Positions 54,183-64,000 of a stretch of DNA of 64,000 nucleotides are shown piece after piece. The notes below the pieces were generated by a model, which saw only the letters and a list, made by a program, of their open reading frames with translations, had not been told where the DNA came from and did no database searches. The stretch is taken from NCBI GenBank assembly GCA_028820845.1, contig JAPPII010000061.1, positions 1,889 through 65,888 on the forward strand, in the 5' to 3' direction. The position numbers and the translations under genes were made by a program. Origin of the DNA: Candidatus Poribacteria bacterium (GTDB lineage: Bacteria > Poribacteria > WGA-4E > WGA-3G). Each line of letters opens with the position of its first letter. Within the stretch, counting starts at the first letter, position 1.

Positions 54183-54602
54183 GTGAAAACCTTAAACGCA
54201 TCTCCGGTAGAGGATCAGACAGAAACACCCAAACGGATCTTGGTAATTGAAGATCAAGAGTTGAATCGTAAGGTTGTGCGGATTGTACTACAGTCAAAAG
54301 GCTATACGGTTATCGAAGCGACTGATGCTGTTGAAGCAATCGCCAGTTTAGAAAATGCGATTCCTCAACTCATCCTCATGGATATTGCGTTACCCGGACA
54401 AAGCGGTGAAGAATTAGCACGGAGAATTAAAGCGAATCTTGCCTGGGTAGATATACCAATTATTGCGTTAACAGCTGCGGCGATGTCTGGTGATAAAGAA
54501 CGCATTCTCAAAGCTGGCTGCGATGATTATCTCAGTAAACCTATTGACATCAAGGTACTGGTGGAACGCATAGAAACTCACCTTAAAAGGACAGAGGGAT
54601 GA
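54183..54602 (+). CDS. single-domain response regulator (receiver)
   Basis: ILVIEDQ, LILMDIALPG, LTAAAM and YLSKP. Confidence 0.88.
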   Translation: MKTLNASPVEDQTETPKRILVIEDQELNRKVVRIVLQSKGYTVIEATDAVEAIASLENAIPQLILMDIALPGQSGEELARRIKANLAWVDIPIIALTAAAMSGDKERILKAGCDDYLSKPIDIKVLVERIETHLKRTEG

Positions 54603-55783
54603 ATCCTGAAACGAAACCCGAAGCACAAGAGGTCTCAAAGATTCTTGTCGTTGACGATGAGCCGAGGAATGTGAGAATTCTGCAAATTCATCTCAATGCA
54701 CAAGGGTACACTGTCTACACAGCTGAGGACGGTGTTGAGGCACTTGATGTTGTTGAAAAAGACGCTCCGGATCTCATTTTATTAGATATTAATATGCCTA
54801 AGATGGATGGTTTTGAGGTCGTCAAGCGAATCCGTGCCAACAAGGCTACTGAATTTATTCCAATTGTGATGATAACTGCGCTCCGCGACACACGCGAAAA
54901 TCGGATTAAATCTATTGAGGCGGGGGCAGATGATTTTATTGAAAAACCTTTTGATAGCTTGGAGGTCCTGGCGCGGGTTCGTTCTCTCTTGCGGATTAAG
55001 GAGTATCAGGATACACTTGCGAAACATAATGCCCGATTGGAAGAAGAGCTCCAAATGGCACGGAGTATTCAGGAGATTCTGATTCCTCAGAATGGTGTCC
55101 AAGAATTATCTGGATTTCGGATCGCTTCTCGGTGCTGTCCGGAAATGGCGGTTGGTGGTGACTTCTTTGATGTCTGGGAGATCGTCCCAAATCGACTCGG
55201 TGTCTTTATCTCTGATGTTATGGGGCATGGTGTTTCAGCGGCTTTTGTAACTGTCTTTATTAAAACGATTCTGGCGGAGTTTCAAGAGCTGATTGAAGAT
55301 AATCCGGGCTACCTTCTTGAAATACTAAATACTCGGTTCAACGATTTGATTAGTTCTCGGTTGTTTATGTTTGCAACGGCGTTTTGTGGCATCATTGATC
55401 TTGGTAAAGAGGAACTTGTTTGTGCAAATGCTGGGCATTCTTTTCCCCTTTTGTACGATGGACATCAGCAGACTTGTTACGCTATCGGAGATAAGAACAC
55501 CGGAAATGGATTAGGTATCTGGCGAGAATCGGTTTATGAGATTGTTCGCTATCCGTTTGGTCCCTTGAGCAAAATCTTTCTCTATACCGATGGGGTTTAT
55601 GAAGCTAAAAGTCCGCAAGGCGTAGAATTTACAATAGAGCGTCTTCAAAAATTGGTAAGCGAGTGTGCCGCTCAACCTGCAGCAAAGCTTATTGTTAGCG
55701 TCTCGGAGGCGGTTGACACCTTCACAGCCAACTGCCCAAAAGACGATGATCTAACACTCCTTGCTATTGAAGCAGCAGGATGA
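54599..55783 (+). CDS. response-regulator receiver fused to a PP2C/SpoIIE-type phosphatase (RsbU-like)
   Basis: ILVVDDE and LILLDINMPKMDG (receiver). GGDFFDV, ISDVMGHG, YTDG and DDDLTLLAI (PP2C). The ATGA start overlaps the upstream stop. Confidence 0.88.
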   Translation: MNPETKPEAQEVSKILVVDDEPRNVRILQIHLNAQGYTVYTAEDGVEALDVVEKDAPDLILLDINMPKMDGFEVVKRIRANKATEFIPIVMITALRDTRENRIKSIEAGADDFIEKPFDSLEVLARVRSLLRIKEYQDTLAKHNARLEEELQMARSIQEILIPQNGVQELSGFRIASRCCPEMAVGGDFFDVWEIVPNRLGVFISDVMGHGVSAAFVTVFIKTILAEFQELIEDNPGYLLEILNTRFNDLISSRLFMFATAFCGIIDLGKEELVCANAGHSFPLLYDGHQQTCYAIGDKNTGNGLGIWRESVYEIVRYPFGPLSKIFLYTDGVYEAKSPQGVEFTIERLQKLVSECAAQPAAKLIVSVSEAVDTFTANCPKDDDLTLLAIEAAG

Positions 55784-55785
55784 GA

Positions 55786-56241
55786 TTAAAGCCCGGTATT
55801 GCTTGATTTTAAAAGGTAGAAGACAACACGAACATCTGTACCCCCGGCTTCATTGGATTGCATTTCATGAGTATCTGAGAGCGATTTTGCAATAAAGATG
55901 CCGTGTCCACTTTCGCTGCTCGGCGAGCGGTTCGCCTCGATTTCCGATAGCCTTTCATGTGTTAGCCAATTTTTTCCCTCGGCATCTCCCGATCCGGTAT
56001 CTCTCACTAAAATTTCAAGGGCATGAGCATCAATTCCTATTCGTAATTTGATGCCGACTGCGGTGTTAGATGAGCCGTGATGTACTGCGTTGGTACAAAC
56101 TTCGTCAAGCACGAGTTGAATGTCTGCGACGCGTTTTCTGGGGAACCCGAGGCTTTGTGCAAGGTTCCCAATGAACGCCCGAACGGGTTCAATATAAAAG
56201 ACAGCACTCGGAATCTTAAGTTTAATATCTGCTTTCGCCAT
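55786..56241 (-). CDS. anti-sigma regulatory Ser kinase (RsbW/SpoIIAB-like HATPase)
   Basis: VLDEVCTNAVHHG (N-box) and RDTGSG...GHGIFI. Confidence 0.8.
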   Translation of the reverse strand: MAKADIKLKIPSAVFYIEPVRAFIGNLAQSLGFPRKRVADIQLVLDEVCTNAVHHGSSNTAVGIKLRIGIDAHALEILVRDTGSGDAEGKNWLTHERLSEIEANRSPSSESGHGIFIAKSLSDTHEMQSNEAGGTDVRVVFYLLKSSNTGL

Positions 56242-56260
56242 ATGCTAAAATCTAATGGGT

Positions 56261-56605
56261 TTAAAATGCAGCGAGTGCACTGTTTTCTGATTCGTAGATT
56301 TCAAGGACACTGGAAGCACCGATGAGGTTGAAGGTGCGCGTTAGGTTGTCAGCAAGCGCACAAATTTTAAGGTCCCCGCCGCTCTGACGGAGGCGCTTGG
56401 CAACACCTACAAGGGCACCCACGGCAGTACTGTTGATATGACTTACCTCACTGAGGTTGACAACAACTCTATCGACTTTCTCCACCAATAGGCCTTCGAG
56501 TACCTTCCGTAAATCAGATGCTGCGTAACTGCTCAAGTCTGTTTTTATCTCAATGATTTTAATACCGGAGCTCTCACGGAGTTTCATTAATTGGGTTGAG
56601 TCCAT
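56261..56605 (-). CDS. STAS-domain anti-sigma-factor antagonist
   Basis: SHINSTAVGALVG. ATG 56605 has AGAGG upstream and is preferred to 56638. Confidence 0.8.
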   Translation of the reverse strand: MDSTQLMKLRESSGIKIIEIKTDLSSYAASDLRKVLEGLLVEKVDRVVVNLSEVSHINSTAVGALVGVAKRLRQSGGDLKICALADNLTRTFNLIGASSVLEIYESENSALAAF

Positions 56606-56765
56606 AGAAATTACCTCTTTTAGAATGGAATTAGCCATAATTACTAAAGCAATTTTTTCCTGAATTTTATCTTAATTGGGCAAAAAAGTCAAACAAAATT
56701 TTTCTTCTGGATGTCGGATTGAGGATGTTTTTGGTAAGGTGAAATTGGGCTGATTAAAAAAATTG

Positions 56766-56794
56766 TTGCTTTCTTAATGCATTTATGGTATACT
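56766..56794 (+). promoter_or_regulatory. sigma70-type promoter with extended -10 (TTGCTT-17 nt-TGgTATACT)
   Basis: TTGCTT at 56766-56771 and TATACT at 56789-56794, upstream of rpsA. Confidence 0.5.
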
Positions 56795-56893
56795 ATTGCG
56801 TAACCGATTTGGAAGTGTCAAAAGCACTTTGAATATAAGGAGGAACTGGCGGATTAACGCGGTTGCGCGTTTTTAAATGGACCAGGTATCTTA

Positions 56894-59257
56894 ATGAACA
56901 ACGAACAGGCAAATACAAACACATCTACTGTTGATGTGGAAGAAGAGAAGCACTCGACTGAAAGTTCGGTTGAAGTAAATCAGGACGCAGCAAGCGAGAC
57001 AGAAACTCCAGAAGCTGTGCAGGCAGCTTCAACAACCGATGCAGAGGCTGAGGTGCATGAGGAAGCCCTAAGCAGTGAAGTGGAAACGACTGCAGCGGAT
57101 ACGGATTCTGAACAGGCGGCATCTACCGATGAAGCCTCGCCTGAACAGGCAGATGAGACCGGACCTGAGGAAGTAGTGGACACGACTCTTAGTGAGGCTG
57201 ATGGTGAGCAAACAGCTGAACTTACTGATGAAGTCACATCTGAGGAGACGATGGAAGAGGTTGTTAGCGAGGCTGATACTGATCAGACAGATGGAACTGA
57301 AACTGAAGAGGTAGCGGTGACGGTTCCTGCCAGTGAGGCTGATGGTGAGCAAGCGGCTGAACTTACCGATGACAGTGCCTCCCAAGAGGAAGCAGCGGTC
57401 TCCGAGGAACCCTTGGAGCCGATGAGTGCTGAATCGCTTGAAGAGGCTTACGACAATTCGATCAAGGCATTTACCGATGGTGAGATTGTTAAAGGTGTCG
57501 TTGTGGATGTTACCCGCGATGAGGTAATGATCGATATAGGCTTTAAGTCGGAAGGCTACATTCCGGCAGCGGAGTTTGATACTGGAGAAAATGATTTACC
57601 CGCTGTACAGGTTGGCGATGAAATCGATGTCTATATTGTTCGGCGTGAGGATGCGGAAGGACAAATCGTTCTTTCAAAGAAAATAGCTGACCAGACCCTC
57701 ATTTGGGATGAGATTGCAACTGCCCATGAGACTGGCGCACCTGTGGCAGGTCGTATCACGGAAAGAATTAAGGGTGGTTTACGGGTGACGATCGGCTCCC
57801 TACGCGGATTTTTACCGGCTTCACAAGTTGAATTACGCCCTATTCAGAACCTTGAACAATATGTCGGTCAGACGCTTGACATGATAGTTATTAGTCTGAG
57901 CAAGCGGCGGCATAACATCGTTTTATCTCGTCGTGCGTGCTTAGAGGCGGAACTGGCACAAAAGCGTTCGGAAGTTCTCAGCACGCTTGAGGAGGGGCAA
58001 CTGATCAAGGGCGTGGTGAAGAATATTACCGCTTTTGGTGCCTTTGTGGATTTAGGCGGTGTTGACGGGTTACTCCATAAAACGGATATGGCCTGGAGAC
58101 GCATCCATCACCCTTCTGATGTTGTTTCAGTTGGTGAAGAGATTGAAGTTCAGGTCATCGGTATCAATCCAGAAAACGAGAAAATCTCGTTGGGCTTGAA
58201 ACAAAAAACGCAGGATCCATGGGAAAATATTGAGGAGAAGTACCCAATTGGCTCTACGGTTCGCGGGGTGGTTGTGAATATTGTCAACTATGGGGCATTT
58301 TTGCAACTTGAAGAGGGCGTAGAGGGTCTGATTCATGTCTCTGAAATGGCATGGACGCGCCGCAACGTAGCACCATCGAGGATCGTCAACAAAGGCGATG
58401 AGATTGAAGCGGTCGTGCTTGAAATTTCAAGAGAAGATAAACGCATCTCACTTGGACTCAAGCAGCTACAACAGAATCCTTGGGAGCTTTTAGAGGAGCG
58501 TGCCCCCGTAGGCAGCAAAATTACCGGACGTGTCCGGAATTTAACAAATTTTGGTGTGTTTGTTGAAATTGAACCAGGAATCGACGGCTTAATTCATACC
58601 TCGGATCTCTCGTGGACGAAACGTGGTGCAGCAAACGAGGCTCTTAAAGAAGGTAGTGAAATTGAGGTGGTTGTGCTACAAATTGATGCTGCTGAACGCC
58701 GGGTCTCGTTGGGACTCAAGCAGACGCAGCCGGATCCTTGGGAGGAAGTCCCAGAGAAATATAAAGTCGGCTCTACAGTTCGAGGCACAATCGTCAATCT
58801 TACCAGCTTCGGGGCGTTCACAAAACTTGAGGAGGGCATAGAGGGCCTAATTCATATCTCTGAACTGGCAGATCGGCGGATTGAAAAGCCGGAAGAGGTT
58901 GTTTCCGTCGGAGACGAGTTGGACTTAAAAGTGATTAACCTATTTCCAAAGGAACGGCGTATTGGGCTTAGCCTGAAAGCACTCGTTGCTGAGCAAGAGC
59001 GCGCATCAGCCCCTGAAGAGGAGCGATCAACTGGAAGTGAAAGGCGGTCTGAGCAACCGTCTCGCTCACGACGGGAACGGCCATCGCGACGCCAAATGCC
59101 AGCACACGAGGAAACTGTCACGACATTAGGGACGCTGCTTAAAGAGGAAATGGGTAGATCAAATCTTGAGAGTTCTGAGAACGCTGAGAGTTCCGAAAGC
59201 GTTGAAAATCCTGAGAACGTTGAGAGTTCTACAGACACTGAGAACTCCGAGAATTAA
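56894..59257 (+). CDS. rpsA: 30S ribosomal protein S1 with ~190-aa acidic N-terminal and ~90-aa C-terminal extensions
   Basis: Six S1 (OB) domains from about residue 195 (GEIVKGVV..., GQLIKGVVKNITAFGAFVDLGGVDGLLH, etc.). The N-terminus is E/D/T/S/A-rich with the repeat SEADGEQ(T/A)AELTD. Confidence 0.9.
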   Translation: MNNEQANTNTSTVDVEEEKHSTESSVEVNQDAASETETPEAVQAASTTDAEAEVHEEALSSEVETTAADTDSEQAASTDEASPEQADETGPEEVVDTTLSEADGEQTAELTDEVTSEETMEEVVSEADTDQTDGTETEEVAVTVPASEADGEQAAELTDDSASQEEAAVSEEPLEPMSAESLEEAYDNSIKAFTDGEIVKGVVVDVTRDEVMIDIGFKSEGYIPAAEFDTGENDLPAVQVGDEIDVYIVRREDAEGQIVLSKKIADQTLIWDEIATAHETGAPVAGRITERIKGGLRVTIGSLRGFLPASQVELRPIQNLEQYVGQTLDMIVISLSKRRHNIVLSRRACLEAELAQKRSEVLSTLEEGQLIKGVVKNITAFGAFVDLGGVDGLLHKTDMAWRRIHHPSDVVSVGEEIEVQVIGINPENEKISLGLKQKTQDPWENIEEKYPIGSTVRGVVVNIVNYGAFLQLEEGVEGLIHVSEMAWTRRNVAPSRIVNKGDEIEAVVLEISREDKRISLGLKQLQQNPWELLEERAPVGSKITGRVRNLTNFGVFVEIEPGIDGLIHTSDLSWTKRGAANEALKEGSEIEVVVLQIDAAERRVSLGLKQTQPDPWEEVPEKYKVGSTVRGTIVNLTSFGAFTKLEEGIEGLIHISELADRRIEKPEEVVSVGDELDLKVINLFPKERRIGLSLKALVAEQERASAPEEERSTGSERRSEQPSRSRRERPSRRQMPAHEETVTTLGTLLKEEMGRSNLESSENAESSESVENPENVESSTDTENSEN

Positions 59258-59398
59258 CTTCCTTTGTATCTTCTCCTTGGATCAGATTACGCTTTGGGCG
59301 TAGAAACGGAAGTGCAAACGAAACCTTGCTACAGAAATGTCTACATTTAGAAGTAGGAAAGGTCTTTGTGCATGCACGTTTTTGTCATTTTATTTATA

Positions 59399-59431
59399 GG
59401 GTGGGGCCGCGTACCCACCCTTCCGTTTCTT
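59399..59431 (+). terminator. hairpin GGGTGGG-gccgcgta-CCCACCC followed by a T-rich tract
   Basis: 7-bp GC-rich stem followed by TTCCGTTTCTT (interrupted T-run). Confidence 0.5.
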
Positions 59432-59495
59432 ATGCTAAAAGCTTAGGAACTGTGATAAGGTGTAGAGATACGTATATAGACTGGGAGACCCGGAA

Positions 59496-60620
59496 TTGAG
59501 CAAAAATTTTCTGTTTACGTCCGAATCTGTCACTGAAGGACACCCGGACAAAATCGCAGACCAGATCTCTGATGCGGTGCTTGATGCTATACTTGCAACC
59601 GATCCAATGGGTAGAGTCGGCTGCGAGACTTTGGTTACAACCGGACTGGCTGTTATCACTGGCGAAATTACGACAACTGCAAACTACGACGATAAGCAAA
59701 TTGCCCGACGTGTACTTGCCGATATCGGGTACACCGATATCGAATACGGTTTTGATGCTGAACGCAGTGCTGTGTTGAGCATCATTGATAAGCAGTCTCC
59801 CGATATTGCAATGGGTGTGAACCCAGGTGGAGCGGGTGACCAGGGCTTGATGTTTGGATACGCATGCACCGAAACACCCGAATTAATGCCATTGCCTATT
59901 ACGCTCGCTCACCAATTAACGCGACGCTTGGCAAAAGTTCGTAAGGATGGCATCCTTCCCTTTATTCGTCCCGACGGAAAATCGCAAGTAACTGTTGAAT
60001 ACGCAGATAGCAAACCTAAGGCTGTTACTGCAGTTGTGATTTCTTCACAGCACGACCCTGATGTTGTGGACACCCATCTCCAAGAATCAATTATTGAAGA
60101 GGTTATCAAAAAAATTATTCCTGACAATCTCCGAAGTGCGGACATTAAATACCATATCAATCCAACTGGACGTTTTGTAACAGGGGGACCGCAAGGTGAT
60201 GCCGGGTTGACTGGTCGAAAAATTATTGTCGATACGTATGGCGGCATGGGGCGGCACGGTGGGGGTGCGCTCTCTGGAAAGGATCCGACCAAAGTAGATC
60301 GAAGTGCGACTTATGCAGCGCGACACGTTGCTAAAAATCTTGTTGCTGCTGGACACGCCGAGCGCTGTGAAATTCAAATCGCTTATGCGATTGGGAGAAA
60401 AGATCCGCTCTCTGTTATGGTGGATACTTTTGGCACAGGTGATGATGAAACTCTTACCAAACTTGTTAACACGCATTTCGATTTAACCCCGTTGGGTATT
60501 ATTGAACGGTTGAAATTGCGTCAGCCTATCTATCGAAATACTGCTGCATACGGACATTTCGGACGCGAAGAACCGGGTTTTACTTGGGAAGAAACCGATT
60601 ACGTCGAAAAACTCCGATAG
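59496..60620 (+). CDS. metK: S-adenosylmethionine synthase
   Basis: [33 protein letters not shown] and GGGAFSGKD-like [19 protein letters not shown] start. Confidence 0.93.
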   Translation: MSKNFLFTSESVTEGHPDKIADQISDAVLDAILATDPMGRVGCETLVTTGLAVITGEITTTANYDDKQIARRVLADIGYTDIEYGFDAERSAVLSIIDKQSPDIAMGVNPGGAGDQGLMFGYACTETPELMPLPITLAHQLTRRLAKVRKDGILPFIRPDGKSQVTVEYADSKPKAVTAVVISSQHDPDVVDTHLQESIIEEVIKKIIPDNLRSADIKYHINPTGRFVTGGPQGDAGLTGRKIIVDTYGGMGRHGGGALSGKDPTKVDRSATYAARHVAKNLVAAGHAERCEIQIAYAIGRKDPLSVMVDTFGTGDDETLTKLVNTHFDLTPLGIIERLKLRQPIYRNTAAYGHFGREEPGFTWEETDYVEKLR

Positions 60621-60661
60621 TTTGAAAAAGATTAAAAATATTAGTGAAAAAAAGGACAGTA

Positions 60662-61924
60662 ATGAACTACGATATTAAAACAACAGAACTCGCGGCGGCT
60701 GGAAAACAACGGATTGATTGGGCAAATCGGTTCATGCCAGTGCTGAGTTCTATCCGTGCACGGTTTAAAAATGAACGTCCCTTGGAAGGATTAAAAATAG
60801 CTGCATGCTTGCACGTTACAACTGAAACAGCTAACTTGATGAAGACGCTGAAGGCAGGCGGCGCGGAAGCGGTTGTCTGTGCATCAAATCCACTTAGCAC
60901 TCAGGATGATGTTGCTGCATCTCTTGTTGTTGATGAGAAGATCGGCGTTTTCGCAATCGACGGCGTGGATACAGAGACGTATTATAAACACATTGATGCT
61001 GCTCTTGATACGCAGCCAGCAATCACTATGGACGATGGTGCAGATCTTGTCTCAAGACTCCACTCTGAAGAAACTAATCCATCGTTAATTGAGCAGGTCG
61101 TCGCTGGAACAGAAGAGACAACCACGGGAGTCATACGACTCAGAAGTATGGCAGCCGAAGGGGTCCTAAGATACCCCATTATTGCTGTCAACGATGCGGA
61201 CACAAAACATTTTTTTGATAACCGATACGGTACGGGACAGAGTACCCTTGATGGTATTATCAGGGCGACGAACCTCCTGATTGCTGGGGCGACAGTTGTT
61301 GTGGCGGGCTATGGATGGTGCGGTAGAGGTGTCGCCAGTCGGGCGCGGGGTTTAGGCGCGAACGTCATCGTAACCGAAGTCAATCCATTGAGAGCATTGG
61401 AGGCGGTAATGGATGGATTCCGGGTCATGCCGATGCTGGAGGCAGTTCAAGAAGCGGATTTGATTGTGACACTTACAGGGGATATCCATGTCTTACGCAA
61501 AGAACATTTTGAAGTGATGAAAGATGGCGCAATTATCGCGAATTCTGGTCATTTTGATGTTGAAATTGATATCCCGATGCTTGGGAAATTGAGCGTTGAT
61601 AAAGGAAGTGCGCGTCCCTATGTAGATGTGTATACACTCGCCGATGGAAGGAAATTCTACCTCGTCGGTGAAGGCAGGTTGGTGAATCTCGCTGCAGCAG
61701 AGGGTCATCCAGCCAGTGTTATGGACATGAGTTTTGCGAATCAAGCCTTATCTATTGAGTACATTGCTAAGAACCATGGTAGTTTTGAAAATCGCGTGTA
61801 CGATGTCCCTAAGTCTATTGATGAGACTGTGGCAGAATTGAAGTTACAGGCGTTTGGTGTTGAGATTGATACACTCACGCCAGAGCAGGAGGCGTACCTC
61901 AACTCGTGGGAAATGGGAACTTAG
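60662..61924 (+). CDS. ahcY: adenosylhomocysteinase
   Basis: [20 protein letters not shown]-binding [12 protein letters not shown] and [12 protein letters not shown] 60662 is preferred over GTG 60644. Confidence 0.92.
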   Translation: MNYDIKTTELAAAGKQRIDWANRFMPVLSSIRARFKNERPLEGLKIAACLHVTTETANLMKTLKAGGAEAVVCASNPLSTQDDVAASLVVDEKIGVFAIDGVDTETYYKHIDAALDTQPAITMDDGADLVSRLHSEETNPSLIEQVVAGTEETTTGVIRLRSMAAEGVLRYPIIAVNDADTKHFFDNRYGTGQSTLDGIIRATNLLIAGATVVVAGYGWCGRGVASRARGLGANVIVTEVNPLRALEAVMDGFRVMPMLEAVQEADLIVTLTGDIHVLRKEHFEVMKDGAIIANSGHFDVEIDIPMLGKLSVDKGSARPYVDVYTLADGRKFYLVGEGRLVNLAAAEGHPASVMDMSFANQALSIEYIAKNHGSFENRVYDVPKSIDETVAELKLQAFGVEIDTLTPEQEAYLNSWEMGT

Positions 61925-61980
61925 TTTTCTTCAAATTATTCCATGCCCCGTTTGGGGTTATCCGTTTATGAGGGGACCTT

Positions 61981-62211
61981 ATGAAAAAATCTGAGATTTG
62001 GGAGGGAGCCATACTCCTTCTCTCAGCAGTGTTATTGCTACCCATTTGGATGGCATCCTCTCAGAGAATAGAACTATCGGTGGGATTGTTAAAAGTCCTG
62101 AGTTTTTTGCAGTATCCGATAGTTATTGTTCTTGGCGTAATTTTCGTTCGGCGCCTACGACGGGTCATCCGTGCGTTGCGCGAGAATAGGAATAGACCCG
62201 GTCCTTTCTGA
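61981..62211 (+). CDS. small membrane protein (two predicted TM segments)
   Basis: GAILLLSAVLLLPIWM and FLQYPIVIVLGVIFV, followed by a basic tail. No family recognised. Confidence 0.4.
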   Translation: MKKSEIWEGAILLLSAVLLLPIWMASSQRIELSVGLLKVLSFLQYPIVIVLGVIFVRRLRRVIRALRENRNRPGPF

Positions 62212-62276
62212 TTTTAAAAAGAGTTTGTGCCTCAACATTGTAAACAAATTAGAAATTTGTTTCTGGACTTGGGTGT

Positions 62277-62567
62277 ATGTCGGTACAACGGCGATTTTCT
62301 TGGGATCCGAGAAAAAACCAAATTAACATTGTAAAACACCACGTCAGTTTTTCCAAAGCAGCAAAAATCTTTGATGGACCACGTCTGGAAAAAGAAGACA
62401 CCCGTAGAGACTATGGCGAAAAACGGATGCTTGCCCTGGGGCGAAGTGAAGGGCGAATTCTTCGCGTCGTCTATACACGACGGAGTTCGAGTATCCGAAT
62501 CATTTCAGCGAGGAAGGCAAACACTCATGAAAGAGCAGAATATATACGTCGAATACAGTCGTTCTGA
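62277..62567 (+). CDS. brnT: BrnT-family (DUF497) toxin
   Basis: FSWDPRKNQINIVKHHVSF...DYGEKRMLALG...LRVVYTRR...IRIISARKANTHE. Confidence 0.85.
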   Translation: MSVQRRFSWDPRKNQINIVKHHVSFSKAAKIFDGPRLEKEDTRRDYGEKRMLALGRSEGRILRVVYTRRSSSIRIISARKANTHERAEYIRRIQSF

Positions 62568-62829
62568 AATAGACGCGAAGTCGGATGAGAAAGAGTGGAG
62601 TCGCTTTGATGCTCTAACGGATGCAGAGATTGATGCCGCTGCAGCGTCTGATGAGAATGATCCCAAAACGGATGCAGTCTTCTGGAAAGATGCAACTGTG
62701 GCAATGCCAGAAAATATTATCACTATTGATCAGGACCTGTTAGCGTGGTTCAAAGCACATGCCCCGGACTATGAAACACAGATTAACAGGATCCTCCGGG
62801 CATACGTTGAGGGGAACGCTGACACTTAG
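62527..62829 (+). CDS. brnA: BrnA-family antitoxin
   Basis: Overlaps the brnT 3' end. ...TDAEIDAAAASDENDP... and a C-terminal RHH-like QINRILRAYVE. The internal ATG 62527 is preferred to 62371. Confidence 0.7.
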   Translation: MKEQNIYVEYSRSEIDAKSDEKEWSRFDALTDAEIDAAAASDENDPKTDAVFWKDATVAMPENIITIDQDLLAWFKAHAPDYETQINRILRAYVEGNADT

Positions 62830-62908
62830 TTAATTCTTTAGCCGGAGGCACGATATGAAGAAAGGAAAATAACTGATAATTCAAGGCGTGTCACGCAGGG
62901 TTCATAAT

Positions 62909-63814
62909 ATGGGAGTTTTGGTCGTTGGGACGGTTACTTTAGATACAGTGGAAACACCGAGTACACGCGTTGAAGATGTGCTTGGGGGTTCTGGTGTCTA
63001 TGCTGCTGTCGCGGCGAATTTTTTTAAAAACGCTGTCCAACTTGTTGGCGTTGTTGGTGCCGATTTTCCGAAAGCGTATACAGATTTCCTTAAGACGCAA
63101 GGCATTGATCTGCAAGGTCTGAAGCGGATTAATGATGGCAAATCATTTCGGTGGGGCGGTCGTTATGCCAAAGACTTTAACGTACGGGATACGCTTTTTA
63201 CGGAATTAAATGTTGTTGCTGATTTTCGTCCTGTTTTGCCTGAAATCTATAGACACACGCCCTACCTCTTTTTAGCAAATAATCCCCCAGCGTTGCAATT
63301 GAGCATCATTGAACAAGCGGTGGATCCCAAACTTGTTGTTTGTGATACGATGGATTTTTGGATTAATGAGGAGCGAGAGGCATTAGAAGTACTCTTAGCG
63401 CGTGTAGATATCCTCGTCCTAAATGATAGTGAAGCACTGCTATTTACTGGTGATTCTAATTTGATGCGGGCAGCACGATCAATTCTGCGCTATGGTCCAA
63501 AGCGGGTTATCATTAAAAAGGGGGAGCACGGTGCCATCAGCGTCACAGAATCGTCCTTCTTTAGCGCGCCAGCGTATCCGCTCACACAAGTAACAGATCC
63601 CACGGGTGCAGGTGATAGTTTTGCTGGTGGTATGCTCGGATATATCGCATCTGTTAAGGATACTTCCGAAGAGACGATACGCAGCGCGATGATTTATGGC
63701 ACGGTTGTTGCCTCTTTTAACATTGAAGATTTCAGCGTTAACCGGCAAAAACGCGTTAAGTTTTCCGAAATCTCCTCAAGGTATGGTGAGTTACAGGAGG
63801 CTGTCCGTTTTTAG
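62909..63814 (+). CDS. PfkB-family carbohydrate/nucleoside kinase
   Basis: [18 protein letters not shown] and [12 protein letters not shown]. Confidence 0.8.
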   Translation: MGVLVVGTVTLDTVETPSTRVEDVLGGSGVYAAVAANFFKNAVQLVGVVGADFPKAYTDFLKTQGIDLQGLKRINDGKSFRWGGRYAKDFNVRDTLFTELNVVADFRPVLPEIYRHTPYLFLANNPPALQLSIIEQAVDPKLVVCDTMDFWINEEREALEVLLARVDILVLNDSEALLFTGDSNLMRAARSILRYGPKRVIIKKGEHGAISVTESSFFSAPAYPLTQVTDPTGAGDSFAGGMLGYIASVKDTSEETIRSAMIYGTVVASFNIEDFSVNRQKRVKFSEISSRYGELQEAVRF

Positions 63815-64000
63815 TGTAGGCTGTGAATTGCCTTACCATCCACTGCCTCTGCAGATTCCATTAGCATTTCTGAAAGCGTCGGATGCGCATGGATAGTGTG
63901 CGCAATGTCCCTTGCAGTAGCACCCAGGCGGACTGCAACAGCGGCTTCATGGATAAGTGTTGACGCGTGCGCGCCGACAATGTGAACGCCGAGAATATCC
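63811..64000 (-). CDS. lpdA: dihydrolipoyl dehydrogenase, C-terminal dimerisation domain (partial, continues beyond the window)
   Basis: The reverse strand reads ...[52 protein letters not shown]...*. Its stop overlaps the PfkB stop by 4 nt. Confidence 0.8.
   Translation of the reverse strand, partial: DILGVHIVGAHASTLIHEAAVAVRLGATARDIAHTIHAHPTLSEMLMESAEAVDGKAIHSLH

Noticed and set aside
59258-59495. SAM riboswitch upstream of metK
   Set aside because: I looked for SAM-I, SAM-II and other conserved cores and could not recognise any. The region contains a terminator-like hairpin for rpsA and no convincing riboswitch. A covariance-model scan would be decisive.
62371-62526. Long N-terminal extension of the brnA ORF starting at 62371
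   Set aside because: That stretch is out of frame inside brnT. The internal ATG 62527 gives a typical BrnA-sized protein with the usual short overlap.
1-64000. tRNA, rRNA, CRISPR, reverse-transcriptase/retron or DGR elements
   Set aside because: I found no T-loop/anticodon-arm pattern, no rRNA-like stretch, no regularly spaced repeats and no RT motif in any frame. The absence was judged by eye only.

Overview
This is a 64-kb bacterial chromosomal segment. Shine-Dalgarno sites are clear and several promoters are near-consensus TTGACA-N17-TATAAT. I cannot assign a lineage from sequence alone. The many ankyrin, WD40, MORN, LamG and CBM9/DUF5916 proteins suggest an uncultivated, possibly host- or particle-associated organism (low confidence). 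I recognised no rRNA, tRNA or CRISPR array.

Gene content, in order:
- moaC.
- A large secreted caspase-like/transglutaminase-like fusion protein next to a MoxR ATPase and a GT2 glycosyltransferase.
- A small accessory island at about 5.8-10.6 kb. It holds a MITE, a frameshifted PIN-type toxin with a partner gene, a DUF4926 gene and a SEC-C protein. An IS3-family element there sits between two truncated genes.
- An ankyrin protein.
- Two tandem Rieske-domain fusion paralogs forming a discrete promoter-to-terminator unit.
- A WD40 protein and a PolX-N-terminal-only HhH protein.
- A DUF3419 / heme-oxygenase-like / GNAT-like trio.
- A paralog-rich block at 20.3-29.5 kb: MORN-zinc-ribbon x2, LamG, CBM9/DUF5916 x2, an APH-like kinase with a perfect 87-bp tandem duplication, and a CBM-like protein.
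- A membrane-anchored Pro-rich ORF joined to a DUF4159 ORF through a single in-frame TGA, with a SECIS-like hairpin downstream.
- A rhodanese.
- A pterin cluster: double-domain PTPS, folE and an SDR.
- Two CNNM/CorC paralogs.
- eda, a Ser/Thr kinase and an HpcH aldolase.
- iolC and iolD, separated by a 3.2-kb pile of mobile-element debris: an IS1595 remnant, a nuclease gene stub, a second IS3 copy and a 5'-truncated tnpB.
- rlmB and radC.
- A partner-switching/two-component block: three STAS proteins, a USP, a PAS histidine kinase, a response regulator, a receiver-PP2C phosphatase and an RsbW-like kinase.
- rpsA with long acidic extensions, then metK-ahcY, brnTA, a PfkB kinase and the 3' end of lpdA.

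At the DNA level, the most pervasive signal not explained by genes is a family of GTAG-headed REP-like palindromes. They occur alone, as an inverted doublet, inside 90-112-bp MITE-like elements, and three times in phase inside coding sequence.
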